From: Toensbergia leucococca
Taxonomy: Eukaryota
DNA: 20,000 bases
Direction: 5' to 3'
Assembly: GCA_022813965.1 (NCBI GenBank)
Contig: JALDZS010000120.1
Location: 54,588 to 74,587 of the forward strand
Shown: positions 1 through 9,789 of the stretch, piece after piece
How the letters are laid out: each line of letters opens with the position of its first letter
How positions within the stretch are numbered: position 1 is the first letter of the stretch
Notes under the pieces: model-generated
Told to the model about the DNA's origin: nothing
The model's database searches: none
Seen by the model: only the letters and a program-made list of their open reading frames with translations
Made by a program: the position numbers and the translations under genes

Positions 1-417
1 AATCGAGGTAGCGGTGCAAAGCTGATCACAGCAGTCCCGAAGCTTGGCCATAGGCTTCTGTAGCTCCTTTTTCTTGAACGCTTTCTTGACGCGGGCCCAG
101 CTATGCACTTTGGCGGCTTCTGATGACATCTTAAGCTCATCCGACAACTGATACAGGTATTTTCTACATAACGCGAGCTGTTCAAAGATGATATCTCGGC
201 TATTGGATGTAGAAGCGTCAGTATCGGACAGCTTGTGAAGTCGTTGAAGAAGGCTGTAGGCGGCATTGATAATTTCCTCCCCTGTTTTGGCTTGCTGTAC
301 GAGTAGTTCAAGTTCCTCTGGGGTACTTTGATAGTCTTTGCAGAAGCCTCGGACTGCTTTCCCAATGCTGATAGCAGCAGAAATGGCGCTTAGCGCCAGT
401 GACGCCGGGTCGGCCAT
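1..417 (-). CDS. 5' part of a gene with a fungal HeLo-like / STAND-associated N-terminal helical domain (continues beyond the left edge)
   Basis: Not in the ORF track because it runs off the window. ATG at 417 opens 139 codons without a stop: MADPASLALSAISAAISIGKAVRGFCKDYQSTPEELELLVQQ...HSWARVKKAFKKKELQKPMAKLRDC. The M(A)DP-S start with a hydrophobic helix, the PEEL turn and the late W-R---AF-K-E pattern match my recollection of fungal HeLo-like N-terminal domains. Confidence 0.7.
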   Translation of the reverse strand, partial: MADPASLALSAISAAISIGKAVRGFCKDYQSTPEELELLVQQAKTGEEIINAAYSLLQRLHKLSDTDASTSNSRDIIFEQLALCRKYLYQLSDELKMSSEAAKVHSWARVKKAFKKKELQKPMAKLRDCCDQLCTATSI

Positions 418-708
418 GGTTCATTTGATAAACAAAGTTATGGAAGATAATCGGTGCAAAGAACGAGCAATGTGACGACCTCTACCAAATTGGAGTAAAG
501 CTGTAGGACAGAAGCATCTCAGAGCTAGAAAACAATTGCAATCGCAAGAAGGTCTCGAGTGTGGGACAGAATTGACGCAGAGATGGATTGCGATGAGCTG
601 GGGATAAGTACACTGTAGAAAGGTAGCTTCTATATCATTGGCATCAGTCGATCAGTCTAGAATACGGCACGGGAATGAAGTGGATCTCTTCCTCTGGCGG
701 CATGTCCG

Positions 709-742
709 CAGTCATTGACAGTCATTGCCAGTCATTAGCAGT
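709..742. repeat. 10-bp tandem repeat (CAGTCATTNN x3 plus a partial copy)
   Basis: cagtcattga-cagtcattgc-cagtcattag-cagt, about 300 bp upstream of the HeLo-like gene start. Confidence 0.8.
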
Positions 743-1276
743 GAGGCGAAATTGCAGGGGCGTAATCGTGGTTTGAATCGGCTTGAGAGTCGAGGGTCAC
801 ACAGGCCACAGCCTCATCACACATTAGCAGTCTCATTCCATGTAATGCACTGCATGAACAAGACCGCTATTGATTACACTGCCCGGTAATTGACACCCCC
901 ACCTCATCGCCATCATGAATCTTGATCAACCCACGGGTGAAGAGGTGACCGATGGAGGGTCAAGACAAGCCTGATGAGGGTAGAGAAGCTGAACGCAATT
1001 GTACATACCTAATTTCAAAAAGGTAAGGAGGTTGAGTCGTAATGTGGTGCCGAGTTTCGAGGTTTGCATCATTATTGCCTGATTGGGTTAGTAAAGGGGG
1101 CTGTACGGAGTACCTACCTTAGGGCTGTCGAAAGGGAGGGTTCGGGCAGCATTTTTCGAATCTACTTGATGCACCTCACTTTAAATTCTACAAAATTCAT
1201 CAGGCACGATTGTGCTTGAGTTCATATCGAGGTCGTGGAAATAAACTATACCTGCCTAAGAGTTCAACAAGCACTA

Positions 1277-3224
1277 TCAAAATCCCCCCTTATCCTGCGC
1301 CTTCTTCACCATCCCAATCGCCCCCTTTACCCACCCCACCGGAGCACTCGGTTTCCCCATACTCCCCTCGGCCTCATTCCCCTGCTCATCCCTCCACATG
1401 CCATCATTCCCTCCCTTCCCAAACCGCCACGTATTCTGGTTCCGCTCAATGCCCTCTTTCCACTTCCGACAGACCTCCTCACTATCAATCAGAATATTCA
1501 TCTCCTGGCTATGACACCAACTCTGCGTGTCCTGGTTCCCACTGCCCTGGATCCCAATGTGCCCGTCTGCAATCAGCAATTTGATATGGCAGCTCCTCTG
1601 TTTGAAGTTGTGATGTATCGGCTTATCTTGATCTTTCCCGACGTAGTAGCATACCGTTAGGTTTTGCCGTTCGGAAGCGGAGAGGCCGCTGGCAAGTTTG
1701 GAGGCGAACATCTCATTCGTGCCCCCTTGGCCCGGCATGATTTCGCCGGCGTCGTTGTAGCCGAGGCAGACGTAGTATACAATCTCTACCCCACGCTTGA
1801 GAGCTGCAACGATGGCATCGTGGAGAGGTACTGCGTTGAGATCGGGTGTTTGGATGAAGATGGACCTTTGCGCGTTCCGGATGCAGGAGAGCCAGGCTTC
1901 GTTCTGCGGGACGAACACGTTGCTATTGCTGGGAGGACCATAGGGCGGGCGCGAAACGAGTGCGATTGGGAAGGGTGATGGTGTGGAGATGGGGATGTAG
2001 GGAGTGAATGCTTCGCCCTCTGCGATTTCCGGCGCGTGAGGGGGAATAGGTTTGGTGCACGCAAGGTTGAGCTGTCGACTTGTGGCTTGGAGGCGTGATT
2101 CATTGGGGTGACAGGAGTAGCATGACTGCATGCGGGTGATTTCTGAGCCAAGGTCCGGGTCGTAGTGTGGATCACCTGGCATGTGCTCTGGAAGCTGTGC
2201 TACTTGCCCGTCCTTGACAATTTCTTCTTGTTCGCGGGCTGCGGGGCGATCTGTGTAGACAAGCTCTTTTTGACTCGGACTAGAAATGGTGAGGCCGCCT
2301 TCACCTGCAGGAGCATTGGAGCTCGGGAGGGTAGGGCTGAGGACATTACCCCATGTCAGAAGTGCAGTGTCGTAGATGGAGTCGACGATAGGGCCTTCGA
2401 GATGTGTCATCATTTCCATATTGTCATTATCTTCCATGTTGTTGCTCTCAATGACGCTGATCTTCCTGTCCACCACCATAAACTTGGCATGAAGGGTCCC
2501 GAGTAAAGGCTTGTGGAAGTTGATCGCTTCAAAGTCGAGATGCGGCATTTCCTCGGGCTTAGGCAATTGAATCCCTTTCCTGTGAAGGTCAGATCATGAT
2601 TTCCCGACATGGCTCTAAAACAGAGAGAACATACCCCGAGTACACGTCCGCCGGAACCTTTTGACGACAATTCTTGACATGAGCAGGACCAGCTTTATCG
2701 TACATGACCTTGACCACGACCCGCTCACCTCTGCTCCCAGCCCTTCTAGACAATTCCTTCAACGCATCGCTGATCAGCTTCGAGGCGACCGAAGGCGACC
2801 ACGAGCAAGTGATCAAGATGACTTCTTTCTCGGCTCTCACGATTAGGTTTGACATATGCCTGATGATATCTGCCAGCGGGGCAATGACAGTCAGAGGTAT
2901 GGTTCCATGACTGCCCATCAGAGGCGGTGAAACCATACTTCCCAGAGGGTCGGCATCCAGGCAGTGCAAGACATCGTGGTAGACTTTCAGAAAGAAGGCG
3001 CTGGGCTTTCGAGGGCCCCATTTTCCGCATTGAAGAGCTCGCTCTAGGTCTGTCACTGATGCTATGGGGCGGTCGACGCCGGAGGCGTCATGCACACTGG
3101 TCCGCTTGTGGTGTCCATATAATCTTTCGACAACTTCGGTGGGAGCTTCTGAAGGCTTTTCTGCAATGACAGAGCTGATGGTCTGCTGCTCGTGGCAGAG
3201 TTTGAAGACATGATCTGAGACCAT
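1277..3224 (-). CDS. Phospholipase D / nuclease superfamily protein with two HKD motifs (~630 aa)
   Basis: Exons 3224-2635 and 2579-1277. The intron 2634-2580 (GTATGT...CTGAC...CAG) joins in frame (VYSG|KGIQLPKPEEM). HxKxxxxD motifs are HAKFMVVD (~2491-2468) and HIKLLIAD (~1588-1565), the second followed by GSGN. ATG at 3224 (MVSDHVFKL) is preferred over the TTG at 3269. Confidence 0.9.
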
Positions 3225-4050
3225 GCTGCTGGTCAAATTTCGGCGTCGTGCGTGGTTCCAATTTGACAATGGAGTGCCTGCCCCACGAAAATCACAGAAT
3301 CAACAGGATCAAAGATCACAACTATTTTATTGCCACAGCATTTGCTCAGTAACAACGATGGCTCAGAATCCCTAATTATTGTCTGGGCTCTATATATGCT
3401 CAGCTGATATACTCATGATTCTTGTTTTTGTACAAGAATTCATGGTTTCCATGATAGTGAAGCTCCAGCAGCTAGGTACGTAAGCTCGAAGCTACTCGTA
3501 CTTCCAAGGTGACGTCACTGGTTGAATTCGTGAGATAACTTCACACTTCAGCAAAACATCACATATTCTATGTTATGAAAGAATCACTCCCCTTTCTCAT
3601 TCAAGAGCAAATTAGTGACTGATATCTCATCACTGTCTGCCTTGTTGTCTCTCATTGTAATAAGATGTATTATGTTCAAGCATTTCAATTTGTTTGCTCT
3701 ACATTTAAGAATTAAGATATTATCCTGATTGATTGATTGGTCGCCCCGCTCAGGTGATGGATGCCACCCTAAGACGTGGCTGTAGGTTGCCCGGGCTACT
3801 TGCAGAATTGCAGACTGGCAGGATGCCTGAATGGTTATGAGTAGCAGGGCTTTGTTAAGTCCTAATCGGTGACGGATTCCTGTTTTCTCTCACTTGCCGC
3901 TAGAAGAGGACTAGAATACCTACCCACTCTACCTTACCTAGGGCCTTGTACGGATAGCTTGGCGTCCTTATCGTCTATTTACTTCGCGTCTACCGCCGCG
4001 ACACTCGTCATCGTCGAGTCGCGCAGTCCCCACCTCTACAAACAATACCA

Positions 4051-5758
4051 ATGAGTTCAATCTTACCTTCTCCCCAGGAACCATCCAGTGCCCCATGCCT
4101 CCTCCATGAATATCATACCCCCACACCTGAACTATCTTACATAACGACTATTGCCGACAACGACAATGACGACGCTGACCTACCTCCGCCGCTACCACTT
4201 CCTCAAGTCCGCCCATCCCTCAAGACCATTGGCAGAAAACGTACCAGAGACGACTTTCTTGCCGATTCCAGTGACCCTCCTCTTTTCTCCAGCGATGATC
4301 TACCCGCTTCGTCGGAAAATTATGTACAGCACCGAGTGAAGCGGCAATCTCGCCAAACATGGTGGGGAGATAGGACTGGAAAAGAAGGTCATGTTTGCCA
4401 TGGCAGACGGGAAAAACGCCAGTTCAAAAGGACCGTCGATAGTGGTGTGTGGATGGGTAGCGAAGATTCCGACCATAGTCACGACAAAATGGACAAAGGA
4501 GATGCATTTCACAACTCTGTGCCCGTACTCGATGAGAACCGACAGCATTCTATTATGAGGACATTTGTAGAGGAATCGGTGGATTCGAGGCATCGAGATA
4601 CCTCGTTGTTTCCACCTGGACAGCCGGACCCTCAAGACGTGGAGCGTTTGCGATCCTTACAAAACTCCGCCTTGATGATTGTGCAGGACTGTGTGGAGAA
4701 TGGTAGGGAGTCTGTGGATCTCTCGTAAGTTGTTGCATCTAGTGTGATGGAGCAAAGCTAAATGATGGCATAGGTGGCATAATCTTTGCGAGGTATGGGG
4801 GTCGACTCTGAGGCCACTGCGATACTTGACAAAGCAATCTCAATCCACTACATACCCACCCAGTCAGGAAGCCTATGGGCCCTTGACTCCTTCCTTGTGT
4901 CTCTATCTACCCTACAATAATCTTACGAATCTACCAGGAGAACTCTTCAATATTACCAATCTCACTGTGCTCAGCCTACGCCAGAATCATCTCAAAGAAT
5001 TACCCCCGGCAATCTCAAAGTTGTCACATCTTCAAGAACTAAATCTAAGTACTAACGCGCTCCAATGGCTTCCTTGGGAGATCTTGGATCTTGTACGAGG
5101 CTATCTTGAAATATTGAATGTCCTCCCCAACCCCTTTGTCCAGCCCCTCCCACCTCACGGTGGTAAAGTCATTAATAGACCTGCTTGTGGAGTACATGAT
5201 TGGACACCCTACCCAATTGCTTCGACCGGAGTTGCTTTTCTGGGTGTCGACGGTACGCCATGCCGTGATTCACCACCTGCCCCATCACAACACCCGGACT
5301 TCATCTCTCCATCTCGTGGAGCAACTGGCTGGCAGAAGACCGTTGTGTCGAAAGGAAAACATCACCCTGCTCCATCACTGCTAGAAGTTGCCCTTCGAGA
5401 ATGCAGTAAATCATCCGACCTGAGTCAGATGATCTTGGAACTCCCAGACGATTCTCCCCCTTCTCTACCACTCTTACTTGAACAGGCATTGAGAGTCAAA
5501 GAAACCGGTGGTACACTATGCTCAGTATGTGAAAGAGACTACATTATCCCTCGGACGGAATGGATTGAGTGGTGGGACTGTATATCTCCACCCCTCAACA
5601 GAAGCGTCGAGTTCGGACCCGAAGATGCGATTCCACTCATGCGTCGAGGGTGTAGCTGGAAGTGCGTGCCGAGCTTAAAATCCATCCCGGTGGAGAACAG
5701 AGGCTGTGGTTGGTCTTCTATGCCCATGGGTCTTCCGCAGCATTGGACTGTTCGATGA
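4051..5758 (+). CDS. Leucine-rich-repeat protein with a disordered N-terminus and a C-terminal BC-box-like plus Cys-rich module (~552 aa)
   Basis: Exons 4051-4724 and 4774-5758, intron 4725-4773 (GTAAGT...TAG), joined in frame (SVDLS|WHNLCEV). LRR consensus: LYLPYNNLTNLP, LTVLSLRQNHLKELP, LQELNLSTNALQWLP. The tail contains PSLLEVALR, CSVC and CSWKC. Confidence 0.85.
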
Positions 5759-6051
5759 TCTCATGCACTAATATGACATTTGATTGCATCGTAAGTATTT
5801 ATTTGGCCCGGTAGAGCGTCTGCCTTGGCTAGATTATGTTACGTATTACGTATACTCCTAGGAGTAGTATCCTGCGCATAAATGAATTCATGTGATCTTA
5901 TTCCAGCGCTTTTACAGACACAGCCATCTATACACTCTGAAGGTTACCAAGACTGCATTGTGATGAATGAAATTGAAAGAAGTTCAAAATGTTTTGGTAC
6001 ATATTCAGACGCGTGCTCACCTTGCATGAATGGCTAATTCTGAATAGTGAG

Positions 6052-7008
6052 ATGAAGCCACCGATATGCACAACCGTACGCAGCCTCACTCCAGACCGTT
6101 GGACATTGGGCTCCTCAAAATCCGTGAACGAGCCACCACAACAACAAATCCTCCAAACGCCATCGCCAGCTGGGAAGAAGACGGAGAAGGCGGCACCTTC
6201 CATCTCCGTGAACGACAGGCAGAGGACGATGACGACCATTTGTTGCCCGAGGACAGCAGCATAGAAGCAGGATTGGTACACCAAGGCGGCACCTCCGCCG
6301 CGGTGTGGAGCATCGGCACCAGTGCCTTTTGCAAGGTCAAGGCCTGGTGCGAAGGATTGGAACCTGAGAATGATATCATTCACTGCTCACTGCGTGACCA
6401 GAATGCTCCCAGTGTTCCTGTTACAGAGGTTTTGTATTCCTGGCTCGATCATGATTGGAACCGGTCTTTTCCCCTCCTGAAGCGCGTCCCTGGACAGACA
6501 TTGCGAAAGGCCTGGCCCAGCCTTTCCGCAGCGCAGAACGAGACGGTTGCTGCGCAGATTGCGGGGGTTTGTTCTAGGCTTGCGGGGATTACTTCGCGCG
6601 TGTTTGGGAGTGCGATCGGTTGTGGCGTTCTGGAACCGCTTTTGATGGTGGGTGGCTGCGGGATCTGTTCATCCGTCGTGGATGCCTAGACCTCTAGGCC
6701 CCTTTTCTCTGAGGGATTTCAATGATCACGTTTTACAATATTCAATCATACCGCGTCCTGGTGTTGGGAGTTTCTTGCACTTCTATCACGCTGATCTTGG
6801 ACCGCGCAATATTATGGTTTGGGGAGATGGCGATGTGCTCGGGATCCTGGATTGGGAATCTGCGGGGTTTTATCCGCGAGGATGGGTTGTGTTGAAGCCT
6901 TTGCTCAGCGCTTGATTTTATCGCGACTTTAGGAATGGAACGGAGAAGGAGGTGTGGCGCGGTCTTCTGAGAAGCGAATTTAAATCATTCAAAGGTGTGA
7001 AAGATTAA
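6052..7008 (+). pseudogene. Disrupted aminoglycoside-phosphotransferase / choline-kinase-like (APH family) gene
   Basis: Kinase-like motifs HADLGPRNI (HxDxxxxN) and ILDWESAGFYP. Coding sequence is split over three ORF segments, with frameshifts inferred near 6118 and 6650. An in-frame TGA at 6913-6915 is followed by 30 more sense codons ending at TAA 7006-7008. Confidence 0.8.
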
Positions 7009-7140
7009 TATTGATTACAGCGCTGATGTCAAGTGTGATGTCAGTGAACCTCCCTTCCCCTGCTTGAATATGAGGCGTCAAAAACGTCATAGGTCAGTGT
7101 TTTCTTTAGATCTTTGTACCTTGCTTTCACCCCCTGTCTG

Positions 7141-7161
7141 ACACACACACACACACACACA
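7141..7161. repeat. (AC)10 microsatellite
   Basis: Direct reading of acacacacacacacacacaca. Confidence 0.95.
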
Positions 7162-7877
7162 TCACATTAAAAAAACACTCATAATCTATCCTTCACTTCT
7201 ACCCTCCATCAAACTCCCCTCTACTCCCTCAAATCTCACTCACCTCTCCTCTCACACGTCTCAGACAAATTAAAAAATAAAGCACACAGATACCATCAAA
7301 AGCAAACTCAAGTAGGTGTGAGATGCGTTTGATTTATTTTTAAAAGAAGTCATGTGTGTGTGACAACTAATACTACGAGCCAAGTGGGGGAACGGAACCC
7401 TGATCGGCGATTATTCCTTCCCCCCCCCCCCCACAAAATGAGATTGGGAATCACTCCTAGGATGGGACAGGGGGGGAATTTGAAAGGCATTTTGGCGCGG
7501 TCCCGGCTCGGCGGCTGGTACTGGGCTAGAGTTATTGGGCGGGTGGTTGCTGCCTTGCTGCCTGGAATTGTGACGGGGGGATGGGAGTTGGTAAAAGGGT
7601 TCTGTTGGCTCGTTGTATGAGGATCTATGGACAGGAATTCTGCTTGGTCGTTGCATGACGGAATCAAGCGCCCTTTTTTTACGGGGTAGAGGAGCTGCAT
7701 CAATAGTAACTTGGCCGTTCCAACATCTCTTTCTTTCTTTCTGCGACTTCTCGCTCACATTTCTGTGACTTGGCCTTTTGGGCTTTTGCTTTTTGGTGGA
7801 GATATCAATTAGTTACATTTCAGTGATTTTTTTTTAAAAAAGAGCTAGACGCCAAATAAAACCACCCCTGAACGCTC

Positions 7878-8682
7878 ATGGCTATGAAAGAGAATCGCAG
7901 AAGAAGGATCTTCAACCGCCTCAGCAAGGCCTTCTGGATCCTCGAGATCCTCGAATTGATCCTCGCCATCCTGATTTTGGCCTTCACGGGTTCTGCCTCT
8001 CAAGGCTTCACGCGCGATCTTCGATATCCAACCGTGCCGGGAAAGCTCGTTTACAACGTCTTTATAGTACGTATATTATGTTTACCCCAATTTCCCCGCG
8101 GTCTTCACGAGCTGATGTACGCTGTTCCCTTTTCTGCAGGCTGCGTTTACGATGGTTAGCTTGGCGATCATGATTCCTCTCGATGTGTGGCGACCGCAGA
8201 CGTGGGGACGCTGGAATATGATCTTCATGCCCTGGCCGCGGGTTGCCGTGAACGTGGTCTTTGTCGTCACCTGGGCGGGCGCCATCGGATCTGCTTTCTA
8301 TACATGCGGTGAGCTCTGCTCGGCGGCAGAGTCCAATTTTGGATGCTTGACATACGCAACACTCAGCTGCGACTGCAGCCTACGGGCGTTCGGCATATGC
8401 GACTTGACACGCCGAGTTTATTTTGAGCAGCGCAGCTACCGATACGAGGCAACTCAGGCCTTGGATGCTTTGATCTTGTAAGTCGCTGTTATGCCAATGC
8501 TAGCGTATAGTGCCTGACTTTGATGGAGCGCCACGTTCTTGTTCTCGACAGGCCTTTTGGTTGGCTTTCATTGGGTGAGAGAGTCTCGTGGCGTTGTTGG
8601 GCACGACCTTGGGCCAGTACGAGGCGCTGTTGAGAACAGTGTTGGACAAGTGGCTGGTGGGGGCGGTGACGGGACTAATTGA
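7878..8682 (+). CDS. Four-transmembrane MARVEL-like membrane protein (~226 aa)
   Basis: Exons 7878-8066, 8140-8477 and 8529-8682. Introns are GTACGT...GCTGAT...CAG and GTAAGT...CTGAC...GAG. Four hydrophobic helices: ILELILAILILAFTG, VFIAAFTMVSLAIMI, VAVNVVFVVTWAGAIG, ALDALIFATFLFSTGLLVG. A Cys-rich loop lies between helices 3 and 4. Confidence 0.7.
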
Positions 8683-8863
8683 CTAGACTTCAGTCGTTGG
8701 CGGGCTTCAACTTGAAAAGCATGGAAGCCACCAGGACTTTGCAATTGGGTATCTCCTTGATATTCGGAGGAACGAATATTGTACTTGTGGTAGTGAATTT
8801 TCACCTCAGGCGGAAACATTTGATTGAGACTACTAATGTCTGGCTCCATCCTGATCTGAAGGC

Positions 8864-9114
8864 TCACATCATGATACATTTCTCTTTCTTTCTAGGTTCG
8901 CCATCGTCCGAATCGCTACTGTATGATCTTTGAAGCGTGGGCCTGGAAGGCTGGTGGCCATGGCGGCGACCTTGATCCACATGACCGGAGACAGAAGTAC
9001 CTTGTCCATGAAGAGGCTGGTTAAAACCTTGCCTCATAAATTCACCTTGAGTAGTTGTCGCCAAGTCATGGGAGAGCAAACTATTATAAAAGTAAATGGT
9101 GGGATTGCGCAAGC
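8864..9114 (-). CDS. Putative second exon of the SesA gene, ending in a CaaX box (…RKKEKCIMM*)
   Basis: Donor G|GTAAGG at 9170, branch-like TTGAC, acceptor TAG ending at 9115. The phase-1 join G+GC keeps the frame, and the spliced CDS is 619+251=870 nt (289 aa). Confidence 0.55.
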
Positions 9115-9159
9115 CTAGCATGCGCTTGTCAAACCAGATATGCTATACTCATCATTCCC

Positions 9160-9789
9160 TTAAGCCTTACCACCAAAGTGACCGTCTCCACTGAAATGAT
9201 AAAATGACCCGTCCCCGGAATTGACCTGCTGAATCCCTGATCCGGGATTAGCAAAGTTGTGTCCGCTACTGTGATGGGTCTGGTTGACTGATCCTGTTTC
9301 GTCAGCGATAAAAGAAGGCATTTCGCCTATATCTTTAATCGCATCTTCGAGCTCCTTAACTTGGTTTTCCGTCGCCGTTTCCATCATTCTATTGGATGTC
9401 ACCACCCATATGTCCTTCATAATCTCTTCTATCAACCCTTGCACCTTACTTCCCTTGCCCAACGTAGCCAAAGCTGCTTTATACCGATCAAACCACCTAT
9501 CACCATCTTTCCGCACAACTTTGTTGAATATCGTCTGGAGTTTCTCGGCCTTCTCGCGGCAAGCTTTGATGGTGCGCTCTACTTCTTTCCGTTCGGTTTC
9601 ATCCAATCTTTCTGCGTCTGTCCTGGCCTTGCGGAGGATCCTCAGCACCAGATCAAGTTGTGAAGCAATCTTACGGAACACTTCGGGCTGACCGTGGGCA
9701 TCTTTGGCGGCATCGTAGACTGTTTTGGTAGCTTCGATGATGTGGATTACTCCAGAAATGAGACCGATGACGAGGCCAGCCTCAGCCAT
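9160..9789 (-). CDS. SesA-type (HeLo/MLKL-like helical) effector with a C-terminal sigma-like amyloid signalling motif, 209 aa (unspliced form)
   Basis: MAEAGLVIGLISGVIHIIEATKTVYDAAKDAHGQPEVFRKIA...CREKAEKLQTIF...DRYKAALATLGKGSKVQGLIEEI matches the SesA domain pattern. The C-terminus has G/S/N/Q-rich ~9-aa pseudo-repeats: HSSGHNFAN-PGSGIQQVN-SGDGSFYHF-SGDGHFG. Confidence 0.88.
   Translation of the reverse strand: MAEAGLVIGLISGVIHIIEATKTVYDAAKDAHGQPEVFRKIASQLDLVLRILRKARTDAERLDETERKEVERTIKACREKAEKLQTIFNKVVRKDGDRWFDRYKAALATLGKGSKVQGLIEEIMKDIWVVTSNRMMETATENQVKELEDAIKDIGEMPSFIADETGSVNQTHHSSGHNFANPGSGIQQVNSGDGSFYHFSGDGHFGGKA

Noticed and set aside
1210..3169. Plus-strand and alternative-frame ORFs over the PLD gene
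   Set aside because: They are shadow ORFs of a GC-balanced coding region with no recognisable motifs.
1277..3224. PLD gene as an immune effector partner of the adjacent HeLo-like gene
   Set aside because: Only adjacency supports it; it looks like an ordinary stand-alone fungal PLD-family gene with no amyloid motif or NLR-linked domain.
3535..3740. Short AT-rich, CpG-free patch between the divergent PLD and LRR genes
   Set aside because: It is too short to distinguish from normal promoter composition, with no terminal repeats or coding remnants.
7440..7690. Possible GNAT acetyltransferase remnant (RGMGVGKRVLLA resembles motif A)
   Set aside because: It is immediately preceded by a stop, lies in G-rich low-complexity sequence next to a C13 run, and no other GNAT motif or coherent frame supports it.
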